DNA of 64,000 bases from an uncultured Gammaproteobacteria bacterium (GTDB taxonomy: Bacteria; Pseudomonadota; Gammaproteobacteria; UBA9214). The stretch is taken from the NCBI GenBank assembly GCA_963712695.1, contig CAVQJD010000018.1:5720-69719 (forward strand), in the 5' to 3' direction. Under the pieces are notes generated by a model. That model was not told the origin of the DNA. It was given only the letters and a program-made list of their open reading frames with translations, and did not search any database. Position 1 is the stretch's first letter. The number at the start of each line of letters is the position of its first letter. The translations under genes and the position numbers were made by a program. Of the stretch, positions 38,665-49,743 are shown one piece after another.

Positions 38665-41600
38665 TGCGTCGCTGCGTAACCGGTTCCTGGTCATCATTGC
38701 CACGCTGATCATCGTGGCGGCAGGTCTCTGGGCGCTCAGAAACATTCCTCTCGATGCGATACCCGACCTTTCGGATGTGCAGGTCATCGTATTTACCAGG
38801 TATCCGGGCCAGGCACCACAGGTGGTCGAGGACCAGGTAACCTATCCGCTCACCACGGCCATGCTGGCAGTCCCCGGCGCCAGGGTCGTGCGCGGGTATT
38901 CCTTTTTCGGATTTTCATTTGTCTACATCATCTTCAATGATGGCATCGACATGTACTGGGCGCGTTCCCGGGTGCTGGAGTACCTCAACTATGTGAGCAG
39001 CCGCCTGCCGGCAGGCGTTTCACCCAGTCTCGGACCGGATGCGACAGGTGTCGGCTGGATCTATGAGTACGCACTGGTCGACCGCACGGGCCAGCATGAT
39101 CTGGCCGAACTGCGCTCCATCCAGGACTGGTACCTGCGCTATCCGCTGCAGACGGTGCAGGGAGTTTCCGAGGTCGCCTCGGTGGGCGGTTTCGTCAAAC
39201 AGTACCAGGTCGAGGTAGACCCCAATCTCCTGCAGGCCTATGACGTCTCGCTCGAGAAGGTGGAGCGTGCGATTCAGCGTTCCAACCAGGATGTCGGCGG
39301 CCGGCTGGTAGAGCTGGCCGAGACCGAATACATGGTGCGCGGCCGGGGGTATATACAGGGCATCGAGGACCTAAAAAAGATACCGGTCGGGGTGGATGCC
39401 AGGGGCACACCGATTCGGCTGGTGGACGTCGCCAACGTCCACCTGGGGCCGGAGTTGCGGCGTGGCCTGGTGGAACTCGACGGAGAGGGCGAAGTGGCCG
39501 GTGGTGTTGTCGTCATGCGCTACGGGGAAAATGCCCTGGCTACCATCGAAGGGGTGCGCGAGAAACTCGGGGAGCTGAAAAAGGGCTTACCCGCGGGTGT
39601 GGAGATCGTAACGGTCTATGATCGCGGTGACCTCATTGAACGGGCGGTAGATAATCTCGAGGAGAAGCTGGTCGAGGAATCCATCGTGGTCAGCCTGATC
39701 ACGATTCTGTTCCTGTTGCATGCCCGTTCTGCACTGGTCGCGATTGTGTCGCTGCCGGTCGGCATCCTGATGGCGTTCGGTGTCATGTACTGGCAGGGGA
39801 TCAATGCCAACATCATGTCACTGGGCGGGATTGCCATCGCCATCGGTGCCATGGTCGACGGCGCCATCGTCATGATCGAGAATGCGCACAAACACCTCGA
39901 ACACAGTGCCGTCAGCAAGGGGCATCCGCTGACGCTGGACGAGCGCTGGGACGCCGTGGCAGAGGCCGCCCGGGAAGTCGGGCCGGCACTGTTCTTCTCC
40001 CTGCTGATCATTACCGTGTCCTTTCTGCCGGTGTTCACCTTGCAGGCCCAGGAGGGGCGCCTGTTTGCACCGCTGGCCTTCACCAAGACCTTCGCCATGG
40101 CCGCGGCCGCCGTGCTGGCCATTACGCTGGTGCCGGTGCTGATGGGGTACTTCATTCGCGGCAAGATTTTGCCGGAGGCGAAAAATCCCGTGAACCGGGT
40201 GCTGCACACCCTGCACGCACCGGTATTGCGTATCGCCCTCAGCTGGCGCTGGCTTACGCTGTTGCTGGCCGTGCTGTTGCTGGGTGGGAGCCTGTACCCT
40301 GTGATGAAACTGGGCAGCGAGTTCATGCCGCCGCTCGATGAAGGCGACATCCTGTATATGCCGACCACCTATCCAGGACTTTCCATCGCCAAGGCGAAGG
40401 AACTGTTGCAACAGACTGATAAAATCCTGAAGACCTTCCCCGAGGTCGAGTCGGTATTTGGCAAGGTAGGGCGTGCCGATACGGCGACCGATCCGGCACC
40501 ATTGTCCATGCTGGAAACCACGGTCAGGCTCAGGCACAGGGATGAGTGGCCGGATCCCGGTAAATCAACCAGGGACCTGATGAGTGAAATGGACCTTGCG
40601 ATCCGTTTCCCGGGGCTGGCCAATGCCTGGACCATGCCGATCAAGACCCGCATCGATATGCTGTCGACCGGCATCAAGACACCGATCGGTATCAAGGTCA
40701 GCGGGCCTGATTTGCAGGTGCTGGAACAGCTGGCCAGCGACATCGAGCAGGTAGTCAAGCAACTGCCCGAAACGCTCTCGGCCTTTGGCGACAAGGCGGC
40801 CGGCGGCTACTACCTGGATTTCGATCTCCGCCGGGAGGACGCGGCACGCTACGGCCTGACCGTCGGCGACATTCAGGATGTCATTCAGACCGCGATAGGT
40901 GGCATGAACATCACCTGGACGGTGGAAGGCCTGGAGCGCTACCCGGTCAATCTGCGTTATCCACGCGAGCTGCGTGACAACCTCGAGGATCTCAAGCGGG
41001 TGCTGATATCGACCCCGACGGGCACCCAGATCCCGCTGTCCCTGGTGGCCGATCTGCACATGCGGCGCGGGCCGCCCGTGATCAAGACGGAGGACTCACG
41101 GCCCAATGCCTGGGTGTATGTCGACATCACCACGGCGGACATCGGTGGTTATGTGGCACAAGCCAAACGGATCGTGGAACAGGAGGTCAAGCTGCCGCCG
41201 GGATATACGCTGGCCTGGTCGGGCCAGTTCGAATACATGGAACGCGCCGCGCAACGCCTGCGTATCGTGGTGCCGGTGACCTTGCTGATTATCTTTCTGC
41301 TGCTGTATTTCAATTTTCGCAACATTGCCGAGCCGCTGGTGGTCATGTTGTCCATCCCCTTCGGGCTCGTTGGTGGCTTCTGGCTGGTGTACTGGCTGGG
41401 CTTCAACCTGTCCGTGGCAGTGGCGGTGGGTTTCATCGCACTCGCGGGCGTGGCCGCCGAAATCGGCGTGCTGGTGCTGACCTTCATCGACCACGAAGTG
41501 GCGCGCTGTCGACAGGCACATGCACGCCTGACGGCCGGCGACATCATACAGGCGGTACACAAGGGTACCTCGGAGCGTGTACGGCCGATCGCGATGACGG

Positions 41601-41809
41601 CAACGGCCATTATCGGTGGTCTGCTGCCGATCATGTGGGGCAGCGGAACCGGTTCCGAGGTCATGCAGCGCATCGCCGCACCGATGGTGGGCGGGATGGT
41701 AACAGTGACTATACTCAGTTTGCTGGTGCTGCCGGTGGTATATGGACTTGTCTTGCAATGGCGTGAACGTTCATTGCCGGGGGAGCCGGCGGGTGATACC
41801 AGTGCGTGA
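38645..41809 (+). CDS. cusA: Heavy-metal efflux RND permease (CusA/CzcA family)
   Basis: MIRAIIDASLRNRFLVIIATLII...DAIPDLSDVQVIVFTRYPGQAP. About 1054 aa with a 12-TM pattern. The start was trimmed to ATG 38645. Confidence 0.88.
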   Translation: MIRAIIDASLRNRFLVIIATLIIVAAGLWALRNIPLDAIPDLSDVQVIVFTRYPGQAPQVVEDQVTYPLTTAMLAVPGARVVRGYSFFGFSFVYIIFNDGIDMYWARSRVLEYLNYVSSRLPAGVSPSLGPDATGVGWIYEYALVDRTGQHDLAELRSIQDWYLRYPLQTVQGVSEVASVGGFVKQYQVEVDPNLLQAYDVSLEKVERAIQRSNQDVGGRLVELAETEYMVRGRGYIQGIEDLKKIPVGVDARGTPIRLVDVANVHLGPELRRGLVELDGEGEVAGGVVVMRYGENALATIEGVREKLGELKKGLPAGVEIVTVYDRGDLIERAVDNLEEKLVEESIVVSLITILFLLHARSALVAIVSLPVGILMAFGVMYWQGINANIMSLGGIAIAIGAMVDGAIVMIENAHKHLEHSAVSKGHPLTLDERWDAVAEAAREVGPALFFSLLIITVSFLPVFTLQAQEGRLFAPLAFTKTFAMAAAAVLAITLVPVLMGYFIRGKILPEAKNPVNRVLHTLHAPVLRIALSWRWLTLLLAVLLLGGSLYPVMKLGSEFMPPLDEGDILYMPTTYPGLSIAKAKELLQQTDKILKTFPEVESVFGKVGRADTATDPAPLSMLETTVRLRHRDEWPDPGKSTRDLMSEMDLAIRFPGLANAWTMPIKTRIDMLSTGIKTPIGIKVSGPDLQVLEQLASDIEQVVKQLPETLSAFGDKAAGGYYLDFDLRREDAARYGLTVGDIQDVIQTAIGGMNITWTVEGLERYPVNLRYPRELRDNLEDLKRVLISTPTGTQIPLSLVADLHMRRGPPVIKTEDSRPNAWVYVDITTADIGGYVAQAKRIVEQEVKLPPGYTLAWSGQFEYMERAAQRLRIVVPVTLLIIFLLLYFNFRNIAEPLVVMLSIPFGLVGGFWLVYWLGFNLSVAVAVGFIALAGVAAEIGVLVLTFIDHEVARCRQAHARLTAGDIIQAVHKGTSERVRPIAMTATAIIGGLLPIMWGSGTGSEVMQRIAAPMVGGMVTVTILSLLVLPVVYGLVLQWRERSLPGEPAGDTSA

Positions 41810-42154
41810 GACGTGAGACGTGAGACGTGAGACGTGATACGTGAGACGTGAAACGTGAAACGTGGAAAGAAGAATGGCCACGGAATCCACGGAAGAACAC
41901 GGAAAAATAAAACAGTAGGTAGGGTGCGTTTTACGCACCGGGAACGGCGTCCGGGGTGCCTCTCGCGGCTGATGTGATGCGTGCAAAGAACAATGGCCAC
42001 GGAATCCACGGAAGAACACGGAAAAATTAAACATTAGGTAGGGTGCGTTTTACGCACCGGGAACGGCGTGCGAGGTGCCTCTACGATCTGTTGCTGCAAA
42101 AGCGATGCGTGCAAGAACAATGGCCACGGAATCCACGGAAGAACACGGAAAAAT
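41805..42154 (+). repeat. Composite repeat locus A: 9 CGTGAGA-type heptamers, three 36-bp triple-CACGGAA modules and two GTAG-headed REP hairpins
   Basis: Heptamers span 41805-41867. AATGGCCACGGAATCCACGGAAGAACACGGAAAAAT occurs at 41873, 41992 and 42119. GTAGGGTGCGTTTTACGCACC occurs at 41919 and 42039 region. Confidence 0.9.
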
Positions 42155-42185
42155 AATAATTGTGGGTCGTACCGATGGGTGATAG

Positions 42186-44659
42186 GTGAAATGTGCATGC
42201 GTGATGATGAATCTCACCAGGGAGATGCCTGTGACAATCGCAACTGATCCCGTGTGCGGTATGCAGGTCAGCAGCGACAGCCCGCACCGCTATAGCTACG
42301 CCGGCAGTGACTACTATTTCTGCTGTGCCGGCTGCCTGGAAAAATTCCGTGCCACGCCCGACCGCTATCTGCAGCCACAGCCGCTGGATGCGTCTCACGC
42401 CGGCACGCGCGCCGCTGCAAGCTGCAGCATCGATGCATCGCCTATACCTGCCCCATGCATCCGGAGGTCGAGCAGGCCGCTCCCGGTTCATGCCCGAAAT
42501 GCGGCATGGCGCTGGAGCCGGCAGCCGGGATGCTGCCGGTTGCGCGTACCGTGTATACCTGCCCCATGCATCCGGAGGTCGAGCAGGATCACCCGGGCAG
42601 CTGCCCGAAATGCGGTATGGCACTGGAGCCCCGCACCCACGCTGCGCGTGAGGATACCAGCGAACTGGATGCAATGACGCGGCGCTTGTGGGTCACGGCC
42701 CTGCTGGCTCTGCCGGTATTCGTGCTGGCCATGGTGGCGGATATGGCTCCCGCAGCGCTGCCTGAGGCATTGTCCATGCGGAGTGTGCAATGGATCGAGT
42801 GCGTACTGGCGACACCGGTCGTGCTGTGGGGTGGCTGGCCGTTCTTCGTGCGCGGCTGGCAATCCGTGGTGAGCTGGAACCTCAACATGTTCACCCTGAT
42901 CGGCCTGGGCGTGGCAGTTGCCTGGAGCTACAGCATCGTGGCCCTGCTGCTGCCACAGTGGTTCCCGCCGGCCATGCAGCATGCGGACGGCACCGTACCG
43001 GTCTACTTCGAGGCCGCTGCCGTCATCACCGCGCTGGTACTGCTTGGACAGGTACTCGAATTACGTGCCCGCAGCCGGACCAATGCGGCCATTAAGCTGT
43101 TGCTGGGGCTGGCGCCGAACAGCGCGCGCATCGTGCAGGCTGACGGGAGCGAGCAGGACATTGCACTGGAGCAGGTACAGCCCGGCAACATCTTGCGTAT
43201 TCGCCCGGGTGAAAAAATACCGGTGGACGGGGTGGTCACCGACGGCAGCAGCGCGGTGGATGAATCGATGGTGACCGGCGAACCGCTACCGGTGGAAAAG
43301 CACGCCGGCGAGCCGCTGATCGGAGCGACACTGAATGGTACCGGCAGTCTGCTGATGCGCGCGGAAAAAGTCGGCGCCGATACCCTGCTGGCGCAGATCG
43401 TGCGTATGGTCAGCGCGGCACAGCGTTCACGTGCCCCGATACAGAAACTGGCAGACAGCGTGGCCGGATATTTCGTGCCGACGGTGGTCATTGTCGCTGT
43501 CATTACCCTCGTTGCCTGGGGGTTCTGGGGGCCTGAGCCACGCCTGGCACATGCCATCGTCAATGCCGTTGCCGTGTTGATCATTGCCTGCCCCTGCGCG
43601 CTCGGACTGGCTACTCCCATGTCGATCATGGTCGGCACCGGCAGGGGCGCACTGCTTGGCGTGCTGATCAAGAATGCCGAGGCACTGGAGATCATGGAGC
43701 AGGTCGACACACTTGTGGTGGACAAGACCGGCACCCTGACCGAGGGAAAACCGGAACTGGTCGCGGTACAGGCCGCCCGCGGATTTATTGCTGATGAGAT
43801 GCTGCAACTGGCGGCCAGTCTGGAGCGCGCCAGTGAACACCCGCTGGCCGAGGCGATTGTGCGCGGTGCGCAAGACCGCGGCCTGATCCTGGGTCAGGCC
43901 GATGACTTCGAGTCTGCGACTGGCCAGGGTGTGACCGGAAAAGTCAATGGACGCAGGGTGGCGTTGGGCAACATCAGGCTGCTGGAAGCGCTTGGTATCG
44001 ATCCGGGTGATCTGGCGCACCAGGCCGAGGCCGGACGTACCGAGGGCCAGACCGTCATGTTTGTCGCTGTCGACGGCCGGGCCGCCGGGCTGATCGGCGT
44101 CGCCGATCCCGTCAAGGCCTCTACTGCAGAGGCCATTCGTGATCTGCATGCCGCAGGTGTCCAGGTCGTCATGCTGACCGGCGACAACCGGATCACGGCC
44201 GGGGCCGTGGCGCGCAAGCTCGGCATCGACCGTATCGAAGCCGAGGTATTACCGGCCCGGAAGGCAGAAATCGTCGGCAAGCTGCAGGCCGAGGGGCACA
44301 TCGTGGCCATGGCCGGCGATGGCATCAACGACGCCCCGGCGCTGGCCCGGGCTCATGTGGGTATCGCCATGGGTACCGGAACGGATATCGCCATGGAAAG
44401 CGCGGCTATCACGCTGGTCAAGGGCGACCTGCGCGGCATAGTGCGGGCACGGCGCCTGAGTCGCGAGGTGATGCGCAACATCCGTCAAAACCTGTTCTTT
44501 GCCTTTGTCTACAACTCGCTGGGCGTCCCGCTGGCAGCCGGGGTGCTGTACCCGGTGTTCGGGCTGCTGCTGTCGCCGATGATTGCGGCCGCCGCCATGA
44601 GTTTCAGCTCGGTGTCGGTGATCGCGAATGCGCTGCGCCTGCGCAAGGCGCATATCTGA
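42186..44659 (+). pseudogene. copA: Copper-translocating P1B-type ATPase with N-terminal TRASH/YHS domain and two CPMHPEV metal-binding modules; frame switch between about 42370 and 42440
   Basis: The frame of ORF 42186..42677 gives [34 protein letters not shown]. The frame of ORF 42455..44659 gives YTCPMHPEV (x2), [18 protein letters not shown] and the rest. The two frames overlap 42311-42677. Confidence 0.85.
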
Positions 44660-44758
44660 ACCACAGCGATACCCACCTGGCGAGGTGAAGGCGCAGGCCC
44701 GGCCCCGGGTCAATGTGAGGGGTATCCGTACAAGTCGGGTTGAGAGGCAGGAGGTGAC

Positions 44759-47666
44759 GTGATGGCCGTTCCCGAGGCGCAAATCCAGTTGCAGGGAAAC
44801 CGGCTGCTTGCCCGGATCGACCGGGAAGTGCAAGCGGCACGCCATGGCTGGCTCGACGCGCTGATCGAGCGCTCCATCCAGGATCGCGCATTCCGCCTGC
44901 AGACGCTGCGTTTTGTCGATGTACTTCCGGTGCTGCAGGATGATGCGGTGCTGGTTGCGCACCTGAAGGAATATTTCGCCGATGTCGAGTTGCCGTGGCC
45001 GTCCGTCAGCCACTGGAGCCTGCGCCACAGTGATGCCCCCTGGGCCGCGCCGATTGCTGCTCCGCTGGTGCGCATCACGCTGCGTGGCCTGTCGCGGCGC
45101 TTCATGGGCGGGAGTACCCTGCCGCAGGCAGTCGGCACCATCGCACGGCTGCGCCGCCTTGGCATGAACTACAGCATTGACCTGCTGGGTGAGGCCGTGC
45201 ACAGCGAACGCGAGGCAGATGCCTACCAGCAGGCCTATCTCGACCTGCTGTCGGGTCTGCCCGACGCCGGCGATGCGGCAGGCCAGCCCGAGGTCTCGCT
45301 GAAGCTCACCTCCCTCAGTTCCCGCATCCACCCGGCCGATCCGCGCGGCAGTGTCGCGGCCATTGCTGCGCGCCTGCGTCCGATCCTGGCACAGGCACGT
45401 GCGCGACAGATCGCGGTGACATTCGATATGGAACACTATGATGCCAGTCACATCATCCTGCAGTGTTTCAGGGAGCTGCTCATGGAACCGGAGTTGCGCG
45501 ACTGGCCGCACGCCGGGATCGCCGTCCAGACCTACCTGCGGGAGGCGCCGGACATCCTGCAGGGTTTGCTGGACTGGACCGGGGCGCGCGGCGTTCCGAT
45601 CAAGGTGCGCCTGGTACGCGGAGCCTACTGGGATGCGGAGTCCATACTCGCGCACCAGCAAGGCTGGGCGCTGCCGGTGTGGTCACACAAGGCGCAGACC
45701 GATGTCTGTTTCGAGTCCTGCCTCGATCGGCTGTTCGCACATCACGGTTTGATATACCCGGCGGTGGCCACACACAACATCCGCAGCCTGGCCTGTGCCA
45801 TGGCGCTGGCGGAGCAGCATGGCCTGTCCGCCGGCGATTACGAGTTCCAGATGCTTTACGGCATGGCGGACGACCTCAAGCGTGCACTGGTCGCGCTGGG
45901 TTACCCGTTGCGCGTATACGTCCCGTACGGTGCCACGCTACCGGGCATGGCCTACCTGGTACGCCGTCTGCTGGAGAACACCAGCGGCCAGACCATCCTG
46001 GATACCGGCATGGGACGTGTCGAGCAGGATGCACGCGTTCTGCTCCCGCCGGTGCCGCCAGCCGAGTCCGGGAAGGCGCCCGTCGAGCGCGCCTTCCGCA
46101 ACCAGCCGCTGCATCGCTTTGTCGCTGCCGGCGAGCGCAGCGCCTTTCGCGCGGCCATCAGTGCGGTGCATGCCGAACTGGGCCATGACTATCCGCTGGT
46201 AATCGACAACGCACCCGTTGCAGGTGACGGTCAAATCATCTCGATCAACCCGGCTCAACCCGATCAGATCATCGGCACAGTGGCCAGTGCCGGCCGGGAA
46301 CAGGCGGACCGGGCGCTGGCGGCGGCGCGCACGGCCTTTCCGGCCTGGCGCGCACTCACGGCAGACGTGCGGGCCGGGTATCTGCGTCGTCTCGCCGCCT
46401 TGCTGGTCGAACGGGACGTGACGTTTTGCTGCCTGGCAGGTGCTGGAGGCCGGCAAGCACTGGTGCGAGGCGGATGCCGATGTCTGCGAGGCTGTGGATT
46501 TTCTGAACTACTATGCGCTGCAGGCGCAGCGACTGGCCGCGGAAACGGTTGTCGAGCTCGGTGGCGAACATAATGCCGTGTCCTGCCGTGCGCGCGGTGT
46601 CGGGCTGGTACTCGCGCCGTGGAATTTTCCACTGGCCATTCTCACCGGCATGCTGTCCGCGATGATTGTCACAGGCAATACCGCCATCCTGAAACCGTCC
46701 TCGCTGACGCCGGTGATCGCCGCGCGCTTCATGGATCTGCTCATGCAGGCCGGTATCCCTCCGGGTGTGGTCAATTTCCTGCCGGGTCCGGGTCACGACA
46801 CCGGTGCCTACCTGGCCGCGCATCCCGAGGTCGCCATCATCGCCTTCACCGGCTCGCGCGAGGTGGGCACGCAACTGATCCGGACCGGGGCGCAGATCAG
46901 GCCGGAACAGTGCCATATCAAGCGCGTGATTGCCGAGCTGGGCGGCAAGAACGCCATCATCATCGATGACGATGCCGACCTCGATGCGGCCATACCGGGC
47001 GTGCTGCAGTCCGCCTTCGGTTTCCAGGGGCAGAAATGCAGTGCGGCGTCGCGGCTTATCGTGGTCGGGAGCATCTATCAGGCCTGTCTGGAGCGGCTGT
47101 GTGCCGCGACGGCCAGTCTGGCGATCGGTGATCCGTGTGATCCCGGCAATCTGCTCGGTCCGGTTATTGACGCCGTCGCACAACAGCGCATTGCAGCAGT
47201 AATCGAAAACGGCAAGTCCACGGCCCGGCTGGTCACGCCGGCACGCGTTGACTTGCCTGCCAGCGGGTATTATCAGTCGCCGGCAATCTTCACCGAGGTC
47301 GCGGCGGATGACCCCCTGGCGCAGGATGAGATCTTCGGACCGGTGCTGGCCGTGTTGCGTGCAGACTCGTTCGAGCAGGCCGTTGAACTGGCCAACAGTA
47401 CCCGGTATGCCCTCACGGGTGGTGTGTATTCACGCCGGCCGGTACACCTTGACTACGCGCGCAAGGCATTCCAGGCCGGCAACCTGTATCTCAACCGCAA
47501 GATCACCGGCGCACTGGTTTCACGACAGCCCTTCGGCGGTTTTCGCCTGAGCGGCTCTGGCAGCAAGGCCGGCGGGCCGGATTATCTCAGGCAGTTCACC
47601 GATACGGTCTGCGTTACTGAAAATACACTGCGGCGCGGGTTTGCACCCGAGGTGAAGGATGACTGA
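44759..47666 (+). pseudogene. putA: Bifunctional proline dehydrogenase / L-glutamate-gamma-semialdehyde dehydrogenase, frameshifted in a T-run at 46424-46427
   Basis: ORF 44759..46573 is PRODH plus the start of the ALDH domain (...LAALLVERDVTF). ORF 46440..47666 continues (AAWQ)VLEAGKHWCEADADVCEAVDFLNYY...EIFGPVL...GGFRLSGSGSKAG. One extra T separates them. Confidence 0.88.
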
Positions 47667-47892
47667 CGCAGGCTGGCCGCAGCACGGGTTTGTCGGCGGG
47701 ACCATTCACACCGAGAATTCCTGCAAGTATTCAATCGGGCAATTTCACGCACTGGCGGCAACAGCGGATTTCGTCCCGCTCCGCACCTGGGCTGACAGCG
47801 CCGGGTTGTTCAGCGTGCATTATCTGACGGTAAAGCAGCTGGCGCGAGTGCATCCACCGGGACAACCGCAGGGCTTGAAACGGGCCGGGTAA
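47659..47892 (+). pseudogene. C-terminal fragment of an EgtD-like histidine N-methyltransferase
   Basis: GGTIHTENSCKYSIGQFHALAATADFVPLRTWADSAGLFSVHYL matches the IHTENSYKY...WTD...FSVHYL C-terminus of EgtD-family enzymes. No N-terminal part is present, and the fragment overlaps the putA stop. Confidence 0.5.
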
Positions 47893-48014
47893 CTCCCCAA
47901 TTACGATGTGGAAGCGGATTCAGGCTCGAGAGTGAACCTGCGCCCGTGCACGCAGGATGCGGCAGGGCAGGTATGCACGGGTGACTCCGCCGCCGGACCA
48001 GAGAGGATTCCGTG

Positions 48015-49391
48015 ATGAGACCAGAAATACCATGCTGCAACCGACCGGTTCTGCCTGCGGCCCTTCTGCTGTGGGTGACCATGTTCTGCGCCGTGCACTG
48101 GGTACAGGCCGCACCGCCCCCGCCCGGCGCAAGTCTTGCGCCCATGCTGGAGCAGGTGCTCCCGGCCGTGGTCAACATCTCAACGCGCACCCGCGTCCAG
48201 CTGCAACACAATCCGCTGCTGGATGACCCGTTTTTCCGGCGCTTCTTCGATCTGCCGGATGTCCAGCCGCGCGCAAGGCAGGCCCAGAGCCGGGGTTCCG
48301 GCGTGATTGTCGATGCGGCGCAAGGCTATGTCCTGACCAATCATCACGTCGTCGACGATGCCGATGAAATCACCGTGACCCTGCGCGATCAGCGCACGCT
48401 GCCCGCACGCGTGGTGGGCCAGGATCCCGAGGTGGATATCGCGCTGCTGCAGATCGAGGCCGCCGACCTGACGGCGCTGCCGATTGCCGATTCCGACGCG
48501 CTGCGGGTGGGTGACTTTGTGGTCGCCATCGGCAACCCGTTCGGGCTGGGCCAGACCGTAACCTATGGCATTGTCAGCGCCCTGGGGCGCAGCGGGCTGG
48601 GCATCGAGGGCTTCGAGAACTTTATCCAGACCGATGCCTCCATCAATCCGGGCAATTCGGGCGGCGCGCTGGTAACGACGCAGGGTGAACTGGTCGGGAT
48701 CAATACCGCCATCCTCGGCCCGTCAGGGGCCAACATCGGGATCGGCTTCGCCATCCCCAGCAATATGGCGCAGGCTATCGTGCGGCAACTCGCCGAGCAC
48801 GGTGAAGTGCGGCGCGGGGAACTCGGCGTGGTGATCCAGGACCTGACCCCGGAGCTGGCCAGTGCGTTTGGCCTGCAGAACAGCGGCGCTGCACTGCTTG
48901 CGCAGGTACTGCCCGGTTCGGCAGCTGACCGGGCCGGGCTGGCGGCCGGCGATATCGTCGTCGCTGCCAACGGCCGGCCGATTCGCAGTGGCAGCGCATT
49001 GCGCAATGCCGTCGGACTGCTGTCGGTGGGAGACAGCCTGGCACTAGACATCATCCGCAACGGCCGGCCCCTGAGCCTGCGCGCCACCATCGCCAGCAGC
49101 GCCACGCTGCAGGGGGACGATGCGGGCCGGCTGAGTGACCGGCTTGCCGGTGCGGTGCTCGGTGAGCTGCCACCTGGACAGGCCGGCCGAGGTGTACAGG
49201 TGCTCGAGGTGGAACGCGGCAGCCCGGCCTGGCGAACCGGTTTGCGGCCGGGTGATATCATTGTCGCGATGAATCGCCAGGCGCTGGCTGGCATGGCGGA
49301 TGTCCCCGCGGCATTGCAGCGTGCGCCGGACAGCCTGCAACTGAATATCCAGCGCGGCAATGCGACACTGTCCATCTACATTCGGGACTGA
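48015..49391 (+). CDS. Periplasmic serine endoprotease, DegP/DegQ (HtrA) family with two PDZ domains
   Basis: GSGVIVDAAQGYVLTNHHVV, DIALLQI, TDASINPGNSGGALV and two PDZ-like segments are present, with a signal-like N-terminus. Confidence 0.9.
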   Translation: MRPEIPCCNRPVLPAALLLWVTMFCAVHWVQAAPPPPGASLAPMLEQVLPAVVNISTRTRVQLQHNPLLDDPFFRRFFDLPDVQPRARQAQSRGSGVIVDAAQGYVLTNHHVVDDADEITVTLRDQRTLPARVVGQDPEVDIALLQIEAADLTALPIADSDALRVGDFVVAIGNPFGLGQTVTYGIVSALGRSGLGIEGFENFIQTDASINPGNSGGALVTTQGELVGINTAILGPSGANIGIGFAIPSNMAQAIVRQLAEHGEVRRGELGVVIQDLTPELASAFGLQNSGAALLAQVLPGSAADRAGLAAGDIVVAANGRPIRSGSALRNAVGLLSVGDSLALDIIRNGRPLSLRATIASSATLQGDDAGRLSDRLAGAVLGELPPGQAGRGVQVLEVERGSPAWRTGLRPGDIIVAMNRQALAGMADVPAALQRAPDSLQLNIQRGNATLSIYIRD

Positions 49392-49515
49392 TGATGCGTC
49401 ACTGTTGTATCAGTGAACAGGGTCGACTGCGCTAGCCGCTTCCACCATGCTGACTGAAGCTTGCCTGCCGGTTCAAAACGTGGTCTGACCCTGGATGTGG
49501 AAAGGAGATAACTGA

Positions 49516-49632
49516 ATGTCGACATTGCAGCAATTTCGTAGCGGCCTGAATGAGGCCTGGGATTCCCTTGAGGAAGGCCGGCAGCGACTGTATCGACGCA
49601 CCACCGGCGCGAAACGATCAAGGTCGAAGTGA
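49516..49632 (+). pseudogene. Deletion remnant of an Hsp20-family gene
   Basis: An AAAGGAGA RBS precedes MSTLQQFRSGLNEAWDSLEEGRQRLYRRTTGA, the N-terminus typical of gammaproteobacterial Hsp20-like proteins. A different frame then reads RETIKVEVK-stop, like the ...RQIEVK ends of the hsp20 genes at 51217 and 51712. The alpha-crystallin core is missing. Confidence 0.45.
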
Positions 49633-49743
49633 AATGAGGAGAATCAAGTGACCAGCCAGCGGCTGTTGTGCATGGCAGCTGTTGCTGGCCCGCAAGGGAG
49701 AAATGCAATGCCATGTCGTGCTGCGGTGGTAAACTGAGCGGCT

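Noticed and set aside
41873-41908. The 36-bp module as a sigma54 promoter (TGGCCACGGAATCCA) or as DnaA boxes (ATCCAC).
   Set aside because: The -12 GC element is absent at the required spacing (TCCA instead of TTGC). The DnaA-box match is only 6 of 9 positions.
41149-42009. ORFs running through the repeat loci (41149..42009, 41771..42034, 57566..57837, 58235..58426, 59312..59789, 63062..63458, 63404..63652) with SRLTSHVSRLT, FFRGFRGH and MRKTHPT strings.
   Set aside because: They are translations of the heptamer arrays, the triple-CACGGAA module and the REP hairpins. The same peptides appear in whichever frame or strand the repeat happens to lie.
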